A stretch of DNA of 64,000 bases from Opitutaceae bacterium (GCA_051252375.1 JBPOFY010000001.1:608001-672000), one strand, 5' to 3'. Counted from the stretch's first letter, positions 10,177 through 21,278 are shown. Numbers and translations: made by a program. Notes: generated from the letters alone by a model not told the origin.

Positions 10177-12075
10177 TTACTTGCCGGCCTTGAGAAACAT
10201 GTGGTTGAAGGTCTGCTTGATCGGGTCGTTATCGTTCGCGTTCTTTGCCTGTATAGCGGCTAATAGTAGGTTGGTGTCTTTTCGGCTCTCGTAAAGGTTC
10301 ATTTCTGCCTTCGTCGGTGCTGGCAAGGCGCCTGTCCAGAACAGGCACAGTCGTGCGAACGAACTTTCGGTGCTATTTGACGTCCAAAGTTGAAGAGCGG
10401 CATCCTGCTCACCGAGCTTCCAATGATAAATGCCGGCGATGGCTAAAAGGTTCGGATCATCTTTATTGTGCTCGGTGGCCGCGTTGAGTAGCTCACGGAT
10501 TTTATCTGATGAAGGTTGGGTGGACTCTGGGGAGAGTGCCCATGTATTGAATTTCGCCTGCACGATGGTGCCTTGCATGTCGTCACGTTTGGGATTCATC
10601 TCCAGTGCTTTTTGCGCCCAATGGATCGCGTCAGTATCGCGACCTGTGCGGATGGAAGCATTTGCCAATAGTGCGAAATCTTCTTCCCAAGTGTTCGTGT
10701 CGCGTGCGTCGAAGAAATTGGAATAACCAATCGTAAGGGTGACGATTAAGTAGAGGGCGAAACTATACTTCCATAGCTTAGTGGCGCTTCGCCATGTCGA
10801 AGGAAGCAGAGTGATGCCTGTGCCCAGTATCGCGAGCACTGGCAGCATTGGTAATCGAAAACGATTGGAGGTATAGAAGAGTATGGTTCCGGCAGCGTAG
10901 GCGGTAAAAATGGTTATCAAAGCGATCAGGCATTTGCGATTCTCTGGTTGGCGTAAGCCGACCAGCGTGCCAGCGACGGCGAGAATAAGGAGCGCCCCCC
11001 AATGGATGGGATTGATGCTGAGTTGTAGGTGCTGAGATTTGTGAAAGCCGTAGGTCTTGTTGTCGTATTGTTCGTAGCTGTTGAGGAAATAGTAGGCTTT
11101 GCGAAACATGAGTCCGATCCATTGCCCCGGGTTTTCTTGGATGTAGTTAAATGTTTTTTCCTTCCAGTGCCGGTTCATCGTAGAGATGTCGTGTGGTGGA
11201 ACTTCACCGGTTTCGGCTGCGTAGAGCGCGAGCGATTCGAGCTTGGCAGGGTTGTCGTATTGATCAGTGAACTCCACGCGTATCGCTTGTGCGTAGATGC
11301 GACCATTTGCATCCGGCTTGTTGCCAGCCCACAAATTGTAGGCGCCTTGCCAAGGCAGCATACGAAACTCTCCAGCAATACGTTGATTGGCGAAGCCGAG
11401 CAGCACGAAGCCGAGGATCGGGCCGATGAATGCGATTGCGAGGTGCTGGAGGCGGAAACGCGGCGAAAGAAGGCAGGCTGCAATGGGCCAAAGCAGGGCG
11501 AGTGGTAGCAGGTGCGAACGCAAGGCGACTCCAAGTGCGAGAATGAGCCCGATGGACAGGCTGCGTTGCCATGTCGGTCTTGGAAGCCATGCTACGAGTT
11601 GATCGAATGCGAGCGCGAATGCAGCAGTCGCGAGGAGTATGTCAAAGGCGTCCCCCGCGAAGAACAGCAGGACAGGGTTGAGGCCGATGAGCAGACCCGC
11701 GATCCATGGCGCAGAGGGTGTTTTCCAGATTCGCGAAGCGGTGCGTGCGCTGGCGCCTGCGATGATCGCTAAGGCAATCGCATTGAGCAAGCGAGCGATC
11801 AATGGGAGTGCACCTTCAGGCAAACCAATTGAGAGAAAGAGGGATAAGAGATAGGGGTAGAGTGGTGCGCGGTGAAAGGGCTCTGCGGGGAGCTGACCGT
11901 CCGCCATTTGTTGAGCCAGTAAAAGCGTCTGTTGATTATCTAGCGCGGGGGATTCGCCAAGTGGAGTTTGTCCATAGTGCATGAACCAGACGAATGAGTG
12001 CACTAGTGCCAGTAGCACGATCCACGTAATGGTGCGGGTGTGAACGGTTGGGGGTGCTTGGTTCTCGGCGTGCAT
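10177..12075 (-). CDS. GT39-like membrane glycosyltransferase with C-terminal TPR-like repeats
   Basis: LD...PFHRAPLYPY loop, GAYNLWAGN, RFRLP; helical C-terminus with KALEMNP. Confidence 0.7.
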   Translation of the reverse strand: MHAENQAPPTVHTRTITWIVLLALVHSFVWFMHYGQTPLGESPALDNQQTLLLAQQMADGQLPAEPFHRAPLYPYLLSLFLSIGLPEGALPLIARLLNAIALAIIAGASARTASRIWKTPSAPWIAGLLIGLNPVLLFFAGDAFDILLATAAFALAFDQLVAWLPRPTWQRSLSIGLILALGVALRSHLLPLALLWPIAACLLSPRFRLQHLAIAFIGPILGFVLLGFANQRIAGEFRMLPWQGAYNLWAGNKPDANGRIYAQAIRVEFTDQYDNPAKLESLALYAAETGEVPPHDISTMNRHWKEKTFNYIQENPGQWIGLMFRKAYYFLNSYEQYDNKTYGFHKSQHLQLSINPIHWGALLILAVAGTLVGLRQPENRKCLIALITIFTAYAAGTILFYTSNRFRLPMLPVLAILGTGITLLPSTWRSATKLWKYSFALYLIVTLTIGYSNFFDARDTNTWEEDFALLANASIRTGRDTDAIHWAQKALEMNPKRDDMQGTIVQAKFNTWALSPESTQPSSDKIRELLNAATEHNKDDPNLLAIAGIYHWKLGEQDAALQLWTSNSTESSFARLCLFWTGALPAPTKAEMNLYESRKDTNLLLAAIQAKNANDNDPIKQTFNHMFLKAGK

Positions 12076-12223
12076 ACGTTTATCTTTCCCGAAACTCGGA
12101 AATCATCCCTATACTAAGGATCTTACGTTGGGTATCGGCAAGAAGACTTTATGAGTGGTTGGTCTCGTGCGGGGAATTAACATTGATTTTATCGACCTGT
12201 GAGGCCTTTCTCATAACAGACTT

Positions 12224-12916
12224 ATGAATATATCAATCGTCATCCCCATCTTTAATGAAAAGGAAACATTGCACGAGATCGTCGGTCGCGTGCGCGCGGT
12301 TGAGGCGATGGATGTGAAGGAAATAATTTTGGTCGATGATTGTTCGACTGATGGCACGCGCGCCCTTTTGGAATCCGAATTCGACGAGCCTATTTTTAAG
12401 AAGTTATACCATGAGGTAAACCAAGGTAAAGGCGCTGCACTGCGCACGGGTTTTGCTGCGGCAACTGGTGATATTGTTGCGGTGCAAGATGCGGACTTGG
12501 AATATGATCCGGCGGAGCTTCCGGGGCTGATTCGTCCGATAATTAATAATCAGGCGGACGTGGTCTTTGGTTCACGTTTCGTCGGCGGTGGGGCGAATCG
12601 CGTCGTCTTCTTCTGGCACATGTTGGGCAACAAGTTTTTGACGTTGTTGAGCAACATGATGACCAATCTGAATCTCACCGATATGGAGTGCTGCTATAAG
12701 TTGTTTCGCCGTGAAGTTATGGATCAGATCACAATCGAAGAAGATCGTTTTGGTGTAGAGCCAGAGCTGACTGCGAAGGTGTCCAAATTGAATGTGCGTA
12801 TTTACGAAGTCGGGATTTCTTACTATGGCCGCACCTACGATGAGGGTAAGAAGATCGGCTGGAAAGATGGCGTCCGCGCGATCTACGCGATTATGAAATA
12901 CGGACTCTTTCGTTAA
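12224..12916 (+). CDS. GT2 glycosyltransferase, DPM1-like (polyprenol-phosphate sugar synthase)
   Basis: [46 protein letters not shown]. Confidence 0.92.
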   Translation: MNISIVIPIFNEKETLHEIVGRVRAVEAMDVKEIILVDDCSTDGTRALLESEFDEPIFKKLYHEVNQGKGAALRTGFAAATGDIVAVQDADLEYDPAELPGLIRPIINNQADVVFGSRFVGGGANRVVFFWHMLGNKFLTLLSNMMTNLNLTDMECCYKLFRREVMDQITIEEDRFGVEPELTAKVSKLNVRIYEVGISYYGRTYDEGKKIGWKDGVRAIYAIMKYGLFR

Positions 12917-14388
12917 ACCTCAGTGTTTAGGAAGGCGACTAATCGCTCAGCGGTCACTTTGCCGATGCCTTCGATTTGTGTGAGTTGATCGGTGGTGGCT
13001 GCACGTAGCTTTTCGATTGATCCGAAGTGATGGAGCAGTTGCTGCTTTCGTTTCGGTCCGAGCCCTGAAAAGTCATCGAGAATGGATTCGCGCAGTCGTT
13101 TGCTGCGTAGATCCGCATTGAAACTATTGGCAAAATTGTGTGCTTCGTCGCGGATGTGTTGGAGCAGGCGCAACGCAGGATCGTGATGCGGGAGGTTGAG
13201 TGGTTCGCGGCCATCACTGAAGATCACGGTTTCATTACGCTTTGCTAGCCCGATCAAGGCGGGCGGTTCCAAGCCTTGACCTAGGAATGCTTTCAGCGCG
13301 GCAGTGACTTGGCCTGTGCCGCCGTCGATCACGATCAAGTCGGGGAAGGCTTTTTCTTCGTCGTGTAGTCGGCGGTAGCGGCGTCCGACGACTTCTTCCA
13401 TCGCGCGAAAGTCGTCGTTCCCAACGAAGGATTTTATTTTAAAGCGGCGATAGTTTTTACGGTCTGGTTTGCCGTCCTTGAAGGCGACCATGGACGCCAC
13501 GCAGAAGCTGCCAGAAATATGTGAGATGTCGAAGCACTCCATCTGCTTGGGGGCGGTCGGTAGGCCGAGTTTCTCTTTGAGACGCTTGACGACTTGTCCG
13601 TGATTGTGAGTGCCCAATAGATTGCGCTCGAACTTACGCGTGCGATGTGTGGTGGCTTCAAGCGCAGTGATCATGTCGCGCAGGGTGGCAGCTTTTTCAT
13701 AAGCTTGGGCTTTGGCCGCGGCAGCCATTTGCTCTTTTAGCTCGGCGAGCCATTCTTTGGCTTTGCCGTCGAGAAAGTCGCAGGCCGCTTCAAGCCGTTC
13801 TTGATAGTCTGCCTCAGTGATCTCATTTTCATGTTCGTAGATTTCCGCACGAGCGTCGTCGTAGAGTCGCCAGCGACCATCACCTAGATCGAGCGGTTTG
13901 GCATCGCTGAGTAAAATGCCGAATTTGCGACGCAGCTCAGCCAGCGTCTTACGCAAATGGTTGGAGTGGGCAAAGGGACCGTAGTAACGAGAGTTGCTGT
14001 CGGTTCGATTACGAGTGAGCCGGAACCGAGGTAGGCTTTCGCGTGGATCCACTCGGACGAGCAGAAAGCGTTTATCATCTGTGAAGTCCGTATTGTAGCG
14101 CGGCTTGTATTTCTTGATCAGCTGCCCTTCGAGGAGGAGCGCTTCTGCCTCGGACTTAACAATGATGATGTCGAAATCGCGAATCAGATCGATCATAGCG
14201 CGCACTTTCGGCTGGGAGACCATGAGTTTGCGCGAGGCTTGAAAGTAGGTGGAGACGCGTTTCTTCAGGTCTTTCGCTTTGCCGACGTAGATCGTCTGCC
14301 CGAGGCGATCTTTCATCATATACACCCCGGGCTGGTGCGTCAGTCGGCGCACCTTTTCTTTGAGGTTTATTTTGTCGGGCTCTGGCAT
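12913..14388 (-). CDS. uvrC: Excinuclease ABC subunit C
   Basis: GIY-YIG domain ([13 protein letters not shown]), [20 protein letters not shown], HhH tail; start set at ATG 14388. Confidence 0.95.
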   Translation of the reverse strand: MPEPDKINLKEKVRRLTHQPGVYMMKDRLGQTIYVGKAKDLKKRVSTYFQASRKLMVSQPKVRAMIDLIRDFDIIIVKSEAEALLLEGQLIKKYKPRYNTDFTDDKRFLLVRVDPRESLPRFRLTRNRTDSNSRYYGPFAHSNHLRKTLAELRRKFGILLSDAKPLDLGDGRWRLYDDARAEIYEHENEITEADYQERLEAACDFLDGKAKEWLAELKEQMAAAAKAQAYEKAATLRDMITALEATTHRTRKFERNLLGTHNHGQVVKRLKEKLGLPTAPKQMECFDISHISGSFCVASMVAFKDGKPDRKNYRRFKIKSFVGNDDFRAMEEVVGRRYRRLHDEEKAFPDLIVIDGGTGQVTAALKAFLGQGLEPPALIGLAKRNETVIFSDGREPLNLPHHDPALRLLQHIRDEAHNFANSFNADLRSKRLRESILDDFSGLGPKRKQQLLHHFGSIEKLRAATTDQLTQIEGIGKVTAERLVAFLNTEV

Positions 14389-14393
14389 GTTCT

Positions 14394-14435
14394 GAATAGC
14401 TAATGGTTGATAGCTAATTGTTGATGACTGATGGC
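14394..14435. repeat. Six degenerate 7-bp tandem repeats just upstream of uvrC
   Basis: + strand GAATAGC TAATGGT TGATAGC TAATTGT TGATGAC TGATGGC. Confidence 0.8.
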
Positions 14436-14497
14436 AAAAGAGCAATCGATGTTCATGTTTGCACTTTAAGCTATTTAACACTCATTTCCAGTAACCT

Positions 14498-15781
14498 ATG
14501 CCTCAACCAGCTTTAGTCGAAGTCATTAATTTTGGAGACGAACTCCTTGTCGGTATCCGTGAAAACGCGCACCTCACCTATTTGGGCGAGCAATTGGCTC
14601 GTTTCGGTCTGCCGATTCATCGGGCGCGTATCATCACCGATAACGTCAGTGAAATCAAAAAAGCATTTTCAGATGCGTGGGAACACTCGGATGTGGTGAT
14701 CACCACTGGCGGCCTAGGACCGACTGCGGACGACATGACACGCGAGTCCATCGCTGAAGCGCTGGGCGCAGAACTGGAGTTTGACGCTGAAATCGAGGAT
14801 ACGATCAAGGCGCGCTTCAAGGTCTTGGGGCGCCCCATGGCGGCGCATCATTTAAAGCAGTGTTATCGGTTCAAAGAGGGCCATGTGCTGCACAATGAGC
14901 GTGGCACGGCGCCGGGCCTTGTCTATCGCGCGGACGGCAAATTGTTGATCATGTTGCCGGGACCGACACATGAGATGAATCCGATGTTTAAGAAGCAAGC
15001 GCTACCACTACTGCAGGAGGCTGGCTTGCTTTCGACAGAAGAGGCGTATCTGCAAATTCGCACCTGCGGCACAGGCGAGTCGACTATTGAGGAAATGATG
15101 CAGCCCTTGATCGCGAAGCACCCCGCGCTTTCGGTGGCATATTGTGTGCATTACGGAATCGTCGATGTGCGCTTGAGTGGTCGTGGAGGAGCACTCTCGA
15201 TGGATTGCTTGAAAGCGATCGGTCAAGAAGCCCGCGAGATATTGGGCGATGATTTTGTTTGTTTCGGGCATTGCTCCTTGGCGAAGGTGATTTTCCATGA
15301 GTTGCGTGCACTCGATCGCACGCTTGCCGTGGCGGAGTCATGCACCGGTGGCTCGGTTGCAAATGCGTTTACGAACTTAGCTGGAGCATCCAAGGTTTTT
15401 CAAGGCGGCGTCGTTTGTTATACCAACGACGTGAAAATGGACATTCTCGGCGTGCCGGAATGCCTGCTCGATCAACACGGCGCGGTCAGCCCGGAATGTG
15501 CCGTGGCCATGGCTTCAGGCGTAGCTGAAAAACTTTCTGCAGATTACGGCTTAAGTGTCACTGGCTTTGCCGGACCTGGTGGTGGTGACGAGGCGAATCC
15601 TGTCGGCACGATTCACCTCGGCTATCATTCCCCCGTGGGCGTTTGGTGTAAGACGGTTCGCTATACCGGCGGGCGCTTGGATGTGAAAGCACGCGCGGTG
15701 CATGCCGCGCTCGATTGGATGCGACGTAAGCTGAAGAAGTATAAAATGGAAGAAATGCTCAGCTGTGGCGGGAGTGATTAA
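14498..15781 (+). CDS. cinA: CinA-like protein (molybdopterin-binding-like domain plus NMN deamidase PncC domain)
   Basis: GDELL, TGGLGPTADD, GTAPG, AESCTGG, SVTGFAGPGG. Confidence 0.93.
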   Translation: MPQPALVEVINFGDELLVGIRENAHLTYLGEQLARFGLPIHRARIITDNVSEIKKAFSDAWEHSDVVITTGGLGPTADDMTRESIAEALGAELEFDAEIEDTIKARFKVLGRPMAAHHLKQCYRFKEGHVLHNERGTAPGLVYRADGKLLIMLPGPTHEMNPMFKKQALPLLQEAGLLSTEEAYLQIRTCGTGESTIEEMMQPLIAKHPALSVAYCVHYGIVDVRLSGRGGALSMDCLKAIGQEAREILGDDFVCFGHCSLAKVIFHELRALDRTLAVAESCTGGSVANAFTNLAGASKVFQGGVVCYTNDVKMDILGVPECLLDQHGAVSPECAVAMASGVAEKLSADYGLSVTGFAGPGGGDEANPVGTIHLGYHSPVGVWCKTVRYTGGRLDVKARAVHAALDWMRRKLKKYKMEEMLSCGGSD

Positions 15782-15867
15782 GGTGCCTGCCTCGTTGCTT
15801 CGTTAATTGTATTCTTCGCGCTTCCGTCTTGCGCTGACTCGGGGAGGCTCCGAAACTGGGGGTTCCT

Positions 15868-16965
15868 ATGGCTGACAAACCTTTCACATTCATCTGCGGC
15901 GAAGACGACTATCTCGTTTCTGAGAAAGGCAAGGCGTGGTTTGCGGAGCAGACTAAGGACTTGATGGATGATCTCTCGAAGGAGGTGGTCGATGGTCGGT
16001 CCGGAAATATCGCTGAAGTGGAAGAGGCGATTAATCGCTTCACAAGCGCGGTGCAGACACTCTCACTCTTTGGCGAGCGCAAGGTGGTTTGGCTGAAAGA
16101 TGTGAATTTCATGGCCAACAGCCAGACGGGCAATGCCCAAGGCACGCTCGATCTGGTGGAAAACTTGAAAGAGATGCTCGCAGGTTTAGACCCTGCCCAA
16201 GTTGGTGTGTTGATCACCGCACACCCGATTTACAAAGTGCGTAGCTTCTACAAATGGGTGCAGAAGAATGCCGACTTTACACTCATCGACGGCGGCAAAG
16301 ATTCCGCAGCAGGCCTCGCAAATATCATTCAGCAAGAATGCGAACAAGCCGGAGTCGCGATTACACGGGATGCGGTCCAGTTGCTGATCGGAAAGGTCAA
16401 CGGCAACACTCGGCTGATTGTCGCAGAGACGCGTAAGCTAGTCACCTTTGTCGGTTCTGAAGGCGGTCAAATCACGGATCGTCTAGTCACTGACCTTGTG
16501 CCGAACTTTGGCGACGCCGATTTCTTTGAAGCGGCGGATGCCTTTTACTCGCTCAAGCTTGATTGGACGCTCGAAGCGCTGCGTCGCCACTTCTTTACCA
16601 ATAGTGAGTCACGCCCATTGCTTGGCAGTTTGCAGTCGAGGAATCGTCTGCTGATACAGCTCCGTGTTTTATTGGATGCCGGAGCGATACGTCTCGGTGG
16701 ACGTGGTATCTCGAAGTCCGACCTCGAATCGGCTGCACAGGCTTATGGGCATCATTTTGGAGAGGGCGCAGAGAAGAGTAATCTCAACGTCTTTACGCAG
16801 AACCCATGGTATCTTGGGCGATTAGCGGAAACCGCCTCTAAAGTGCCGCTGAAGAAGTTGGTCGATTTCCAAATCGCCTTCACCGAGGCCTTTGAAGCGA
16901 TCATCCAGCGCCCGAACGAACAAGAAGAAGTCTGCCGCGAACTGGCAGTCCGTTGCCTGAGCTGA
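15868..16965 (+). CDS. holA: DNA polymerase III delta subunit
   Basis: ICGEDDYL, TLSLFGERKVV and clamp-loader architecture. Confidence 0.85.
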   Translation: MADKPFTFICGEDDYLVSEKGKAWFAEQTKDLMDDLSKEVVDGRSGNIAEVEEAINRFTSAVQTLSLFGERKVVWLKDVNFMANSQTGNAQGTLDLVENLKEMLAGLDPAQVGVLITAHPIYKVRSFYKWVQKNADFTLIDGGKDSAAGLANIIQQECEQAGVAITRDAVQLLIGKVNGNTRLIVAETRKLVTFVGSEGGQITDRLVTDLVPNFGDADFFEAADAFYSLKLDWTLEALRRHFFTNSESRPLLGSLQSRNRLLIQLRVLLDAGAIRLGGRGISKSDLESAAQAYGHHFGEGAEKSNLNVFTQNPWYLGRLAETASKVPLKKLVDFQIAFTEAFEAIIQRPNEQEEVCRELAVRCLS

Positions 16966-16971
16966 GGGCGC

Positions 16972-16997
16972 AAAAAAGCCGCCTCGAAAGGCGGCTT
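16972..16997 (-). terminator. Intrinsic terminator between convergent holA and PEP-CTERM genes
   Basis: AAAAAAGCCGCCT-CGAA-AGGCGGCTT; the A6 gives a U-tract on the minus strand. Confidence 0.85.
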
Positions 16998-17020
16998 CAA
17001 GGGAAAGTTTAGATGCTCAG

Positions 17021-17686
17021 TTATTTAACACTGCGGCGACGAAGCATGACAAATCCAAGCGCCGAGATGCCTGCGAGTAGGGCGTAAGTGCCTGGCTCGG
17101 GGACAACGGAGATTCCGGTAATTTGAAAATTATCAAAATTTTGTTGAGAACCTCCTGATGCTCCTGATCCAAAGAGTCTGAACGATACAGATTCCCCAGC
17201 AGTGAGAGTTCCTAAGGCAGAAAGGCTGATGCTTGCACTCGTGCGCCATGTAGAGTCATCGGTCAATACCACCGCACTACCGAGACTAGTAAAACTACCA
17301 GCAGTTTCTTTTTGTGAGAACAATGAAGCGCCTTCGAGTCCAGTGGATGTCATTCGATATTCGAAGGTCAGTGTTGCACCAGTAAATTTTAGAGCATCAG
17401 AGGCAAGTGTGGTGTCTAGTGTGAAGCTCAAGTAGTCTCCAGCATCATCCTGAAATCCACCAACTCGTAAGTGGTTTCCTGACGTGCTACCAGATGATGT
17501 CGCGCTGTTGAAGTCAGCAGAAGAGATGTCAGGACCTACGGAAAATATACTGGCACTGATGCCTGTGCTAACGGTTGATGCTGTGGATCCATCTGTTCCA
17601 AAGTCATAAATTACATCTAGTGCCAGTGCTGGAACCGTTGATGTGAAGATTGCTGCAGTGAAGACGAGAATTTGTGAGATTTTCAT
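17021..17686 (-). CDS. PEP-CTERM sorted surface protein, Ser/Thr/Gly-rich
   Basis: Signal peptide (ALA-LD) and C-terminal VPEPGTYALLAG-TM-RRR. Confidence 0.93.
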   Translation of the reverse strand: MKISQILVFTAAIFTSTVPALALDVIYDFGTDGSTASTVSTGISASIFSVGPDISSADFNSATSSGSTSGNHLRVGGFQDDAGDYLSFTLDTTLASDALKFTGATLTFEYRMTSTGLEGASLFSQKETAGSFTSLGSAVVLTDDSTWRTSASISLSALGTLTAGESVSFRLFGSGASGGSQQNFDNFQITGISVVPEPGTYALLAGISALGFVMLRRRSVK

Positions 17687-17718
17687 ATGCGAGTTCGGTT
17701 AATCAGGGCTTCTGAACA

Positions 17719-17734
17719 TGCAGAGTTGATGCCA
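17719..17734 (-). promoter_or_regulatory. Putative sigma54 (-24/-12) promoter of the PEP-CTERM gene
   Basis: Minus strand TGGCATCAACTCTGCA has exact GG-N10-GC spacing, ending 32 nt before the ATG. Confidence 0.55.
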
Positions 17735-17787
17735 TATGGCAATACCTTAATCACATTCCCGTAATGTTGCTAACTTACTTCCAAATA

Positions 17788-17810
17788 GGTTCAGGTCTGT
17801 AGACCTAACC
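17788..17810 (-). terminator. Hairpin downstream of sufT, possible terminator
   Basis: GGTT-C-AGGTCT-GT-AGACCT-AACC inverted repeat; weak U tract. Confidence 0.4.
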
Positions 17811-17833
17811 GCCTCTTGGTGCTGCAAATAATC

Positions 17834-18379
17834 TTAGATCAATCCGAGGACCATTTTGCCCTCTTCGGTGATCATATCTTGGTTCCAGGGCGGATCCCAG
17901 ACGATCTCGACTGCGGCTTCGGCGACGCCGGGCACGCTCTCGAGACGCATTTGAGCGTCTTCAGCGATGACCGGGCCCATGCCGCAACCGGGGGCAGTCA
18001 GTGTCATATCCATGCTGACCTTATGGCCACCTTCGGGGCGTTCGGCGCACTCCAAGGAGTAAACGAGGCCCAGATCGACGATGTTGACCGGAATCTCGGG
18101 GTCGAAGACGGTTTTGAGGGCTTCCCAAAGCGCATCTGTCTCGACTGGTTCGTTCGAGATAGCCGCGGCGTCTTTGGCGGCTTGAGTGATTTCCTCGCCT
18201 AGCGCGTCGGCATTGGCACCGCTGATGCGGAACATGCCGTTGTGCGTCATGACGGTGAAGTTGCCGCCGAGGCGGTGCGTGATGGTCACGGTTTCGCCTT
18301 CGGGCAAGCTCATCGGCGTGCCTTGAGGGATGAGTGTGACTTCAACTTCGCGAGTGAGTGTGCGTAAATCGTCGGACAT
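17834..18379 (-). CDS. sufT: Long-form Fe-S assembly protein SufT (DUF59)
   Basis: [33 protein letters not shown]-terminal extension with LGGNFTV. Confidence 0.92.
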   Translation of the reverse strand: MSDDLRTLTREVEVTLIPQGTPMSLPEGETVTITHRLGGNFTVMTHNGMFRISGANADALGEEITQAAKDAAAISNEPVETDALWEALKTVFDPEIPVNIVDLGLVYSLECAERPEGGHKVSMDMTLTAPGCGMGPVIAEDAQMRLESVPGVAEAAVEIVWDPPWNQDMITEEGKMVLGLI

Positions 18380-18385
18380 TGTTAT

Positions 18386-18494
18386 TAATGGCTAATGAAT
18401 AATAGCTAATTGGTAATGGATGCTGGTTAAATGGTAATGGCAAATATTTCGGGATCGGTGTCCTTAGCTATTAGCCATTAACTTTCAGTCATTA
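18386..18494. repeat. Eight direct 7-mers (TAATGGC-like) followed by about five inverted copies (GCCATTA-like)
   Basis: TAATGGC TAATGAA TAATAGC TAATTGG TAATGGA TGCTGGT TAAATGG TAATGGC ... GTCCTTA GCTATTA GCCATTA ACTTTCA GTCATTA. Confidence 0.85.
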
Positions 18495-18505
18495 AGCAAA
18501 AGCTT

Positions 18506-19807
18506 TTACTTAATCTTCGCTTCAAATTTGTTGCGAATCAGGGTGCGAAGGTTTTCGGCGAGTTCGTCGCTTTCGACCTTTTCGATGACTTCTTCGAAGA
18601 ATCCGAAGACCATCAACTGCATAGCGACACGTTTTGAAATACCGCGGCTCATCATGTAGAAGAGTTCGTCTTCGTCGACGTTACCTGTAGTCGCTCCGTG
18701 CGAGCACTTCACATCGTTGGCGAGTATCTCTAGACCGGGCAGCGCGTTGGCTTCGGCGGTGGGATCGAGCAACAGGTTGCGATTGGTTTGATACGCATCA
18801 GTTTGCTGCGCGCCTTCAGCGACTTTGATCAAGCCGGAGAAGATGGTGCGACTGTTGTCGAGCAACGCATTCTTGTAGAGCAGGTCGGAAACGGCGTTGC
18901 CGGCGTTGTGGGTCTGGAAGGTGCGTTGGTCAAACTCCTGTGTTTCTTCGGCAACGGTGAGCGAATACATTTTCACATCAGCTCCGGGACCTTCGATACG
19001 TGTTTGGTTTTCGAAGCGGGCACGTTGGGCGCCGATGTTGACGGCGACATTTTTAACCTGCGCATCGCGATCTGCCACGGTGGTGTCGAGCTGGAAGGAA
19101 ACAGTTTTCTCATTCCAGTCCTGCACGATCTTGCGAAAGACGTTGGCACCAGCTCCAGCGTGTATGTTGGAAACGGATACATTGAGCGCTTCGTTTTCTT
19201 CGGTTTCGGAGAAGAAGATATCGACTACGGATGCACTGGCGTTGTCTTCGGCGATCACGAGTGTGTGCGGGAAGACGGCGGCGCGGGCACCGCTGGTCCA
19301 ATAATAGTTTACAAACGGTTGCTCGACTTCGACACCCTTCGGCACGAAGAGGACGGAGCCGGCGCAAACGATGGATGCGTGTAACCCGAAGAATTTTTCA
19401 GAGCCGAGCTCGGTGGACTCTTTGAGAAAATACTTCTCCATGAGTTCCGGGTGTTGGGCAACTGCTTCGTTGATTGGCAGATAAATCACACCTTTTGCGG
19501 CGAGTTCTGCACTGATGCCTTCGAAGCTGGCTTGTGCGTCGTCGACGTAGACGCTACGACCAGCGCGTTCGGAAACGAGGCCAGAGCGTTCGACGAGTTC
19601 TGCGAGCTTATCAGCTGAAGGTGCCTCGACTGGGTTGAAGCCTTCGATGCTGAGGCGTCCGACCGAGGCGAAGCGCCACATTTCGTCGCGAGCGGTTGGC
19701 ATGGCGAGCGCATTAAATTGCTCGATGCCAGCTGCGCGACGTTCGGCTAGCCATGTAGGTTCGTTAGTTATGCTTGTGGGCATGGGTTGTTCTAAAGTTG
19801 TTGTCAT
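18506..19807 (-). CDS. sufD: Fe-S cluster assembly protein SufD
   Basis: [45 protein letters not shown]. Confidence 0.95.
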   Translation of the reverse strand: MTTTLEQPMPTSITNEPTWLAERRAAGIEQFNALAMPTARDEMWRFASVGRLSIEGFNPVEAPSADKLAELVERSGLVSERAGRSVYVDDAQASFEGISAELAAKGVIYLPINEAVAQHPELMEKYFLKESTELGSEKFFGLHASIVCAGSVLFVPKGVEVEQPFVNYYWTSGARAAVFPHTLVIAEDNASASVVDIFFSETEENEALNVSVSNIHAGAGANVFRKIVQDWNEKTVSFQLDTTVADRDAQVKNVAVNIGAQRARFENQTRIEGPGADVKMYSLTVAEETQEFDQRTFQTHNAGNAVSDLLYKNALLDNSRTIFSGLIKVAEGAQQTDAYQTNRNLLLDPTAEANALPGLEILANDVKCSHGATTGNVDEDELFYMMSRGISKRVAMQLMVFGFFEEVIEKVESDELAENLRTLIRNKFEAKIK

Positions 19808-19813
19808 TTCTAA

Positions 19814-19848
19814 AGGAGTTAGAAGTCAGGAGATAGAAGTTAGGAGTT
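19814..19848. repeat. Five 7-bp tandem repeats in the sufB-sufD spacer
   Basis: AGGAGTT AGAAGTC AGGAGAT AGAAGTT AGGAGTT. Confidence 0.85.
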
Positions 19849-19853
19849 CGGGC

Positions 19854-21272
19854 TTACCCGACGCTGCCTTCCATTTCCATGTCGATGAGGCGCTTGAGCT
19901 CGACGGAGTATTCCATGGGGAAAGCCTTCATCAGCTCGTTGACGAAGCCGTTCACTGCGAGGCTCATTGCTTCACCTTCGGAGAGACCGCGTTGCATCAT
20001 GTAGAAGATCTGCTCGGCGCTGACTTTGGAAACACTGGCTTCGTGTTGCACGGTGTTGTTTTCGCCGCGTGTAGTGATCGCGGGATAGGTGTCGGTCCGG
20101 CTGTTGGTGTTGATCAACAGAGCATCGCACTCGGTATTGTTCTTACAATTTTTGAGGTGCTTCGGCATGTGGACTTGACCGCGATAAGTGGAGCGTCCTT
20201 TACCGATGGAGATCGACTTGGAGATGATGTTACTCGTGGTGTTGTCCGCGAGGTGGATCATTTTTGCGCCGGTGTCTTGGTGCTGACCGTCGTTGGCGAG
20301 TGCGATAGAGAGCACTTCGCCGCGGGCGCCTTTGCCCTTAAGGACAACGCCTGGATACTTCATTGTGAGGCGTGAACCGATGTTGCAATCGATCCATTTC
20401 ACTTCGGCCCCTTCGTCGGCCATGCCACGCTTAGTCACGAGGTTGAAGACGTTGGAAGACCAGTTTTGAACGGTGATGTATTGGATCTTGGCGTTTTTAA
20501 GCGCGACAAGCTCAACCACGGCACTGTGGAGTGTGGCGGTTTCAAACTTTGGCGCGGTGCAGCCTTCCATGTAGGTGATCTCGGAGTCCTCGTCGGCGAT
20601 GATAAGTGTGCGCTCAAACTGACCGAAGTTTTCCGCGTTGATACGGAAGTAAGCTTGTAGTGGTTGCTTGAGCTTCACGCCCTTAGGCACGTAGATGAAA
20701 CTACCGCCGGAGAAAGTGGCACTGTTGAGAGCGGAGAACTTATTGTCTGCAGTCGGGATGACTTTGCCGAAGTAAGGGCGGAAAATTTCCGGATACTTGA
20801 GGAGGCCTTCTGTGGAACCGACGAAGATGACACCTTCTTTTTCCAAGTCTTCCTTCATGCGTGAGTAGGAAGCCTCGGAGTCGAATTGTGCTTCGACACC
20901 TGCGAGGAACTTACGCTCTTGCTCGGGGATGCCGAGGCGCTCGAAAGTTTCTTTCACGTCGTCAGGCACATCGTCCCAAGAGCGAGCAGGCACTTGTCCC
21001 TTGGAGAGATAGTAGCGAATTTCGTCGAAGTGGATATTCTCCAGATCCTTGTCGGCCCAATTGGTCGGCATGGGTTTCTTCTTAAAGATTTCGAGTGCCT
21101 TGAGGCGGAAGTCGAGGATCCATGGATCTTCGTTTTTCACCTTGGAGATGTATTTAACGGTCTCTTCGGTGAGGCCGACGCCAGCGTCGAACTCGTAGTT
21201 TTCGGGATATTTGAAGTTCCCTTTCTCGGTATCGACGTTGATTGCTTCGTCTTGGATGTCTGTATCTGACAT
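19854..21272 (-). CDS. sufB: Fe-S cluster assembly protein SufB
   Basis: [42 protein letters not shown]. Confidence 0.98.
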   Translation of the reverse strand: MSDTDIQDEAINVDTEKGNFKYPENYEFDAGVGLTEETVKYISKVKNEDPWILDFRLKALEIFKKKPMPTNWADKDLENIHFDEIRYYLSKGQVPARSWDDVPDDVKETFERLGIPEQERKFLAGVEAQFDSEASYSRMKEDLEKEGVIFVGSTEGLLKYPEIFRPYFGKVIPTADNKFSALNSATFSGGSFIYVPKGVKLKQPLQAYFRINAENFGQFERTLIIADEDSEITYMEGCTAPKFETATLHSAVVELVALKNAKIQYITVQNWSSNVFNLVTKRGMADEGAEVKWIDCNIGSRLTMKYPGVVLKGKGARGEVLSIALANDGQHQDTGAKMIHLADNTTSNIISKSISIGKGRSTYRGQVHMPKHLKNCKNNTECDALLINTNSRTDTYPAITTRGENNTVQHEASVSKVSAEQIFYMMQRGLSEGEAMSLAVNGFVNELMKAFPMEYSVELKRLIDMEMEGSVG

Positions 21273-21278
21273 AATTTT

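Noticed and set aside
14389..14481. 31-aa N-terminal extension of UvrC in the ORF track
   Set aside because: It reads through the heptamer repeat and divergent promoter region; UvrC-like sequence starts after ATG 14388
19635..20375. 246-aa plus-strand ORF
   Set aside because: Antisense shadow of sufB/sufD with no recognisable motifs
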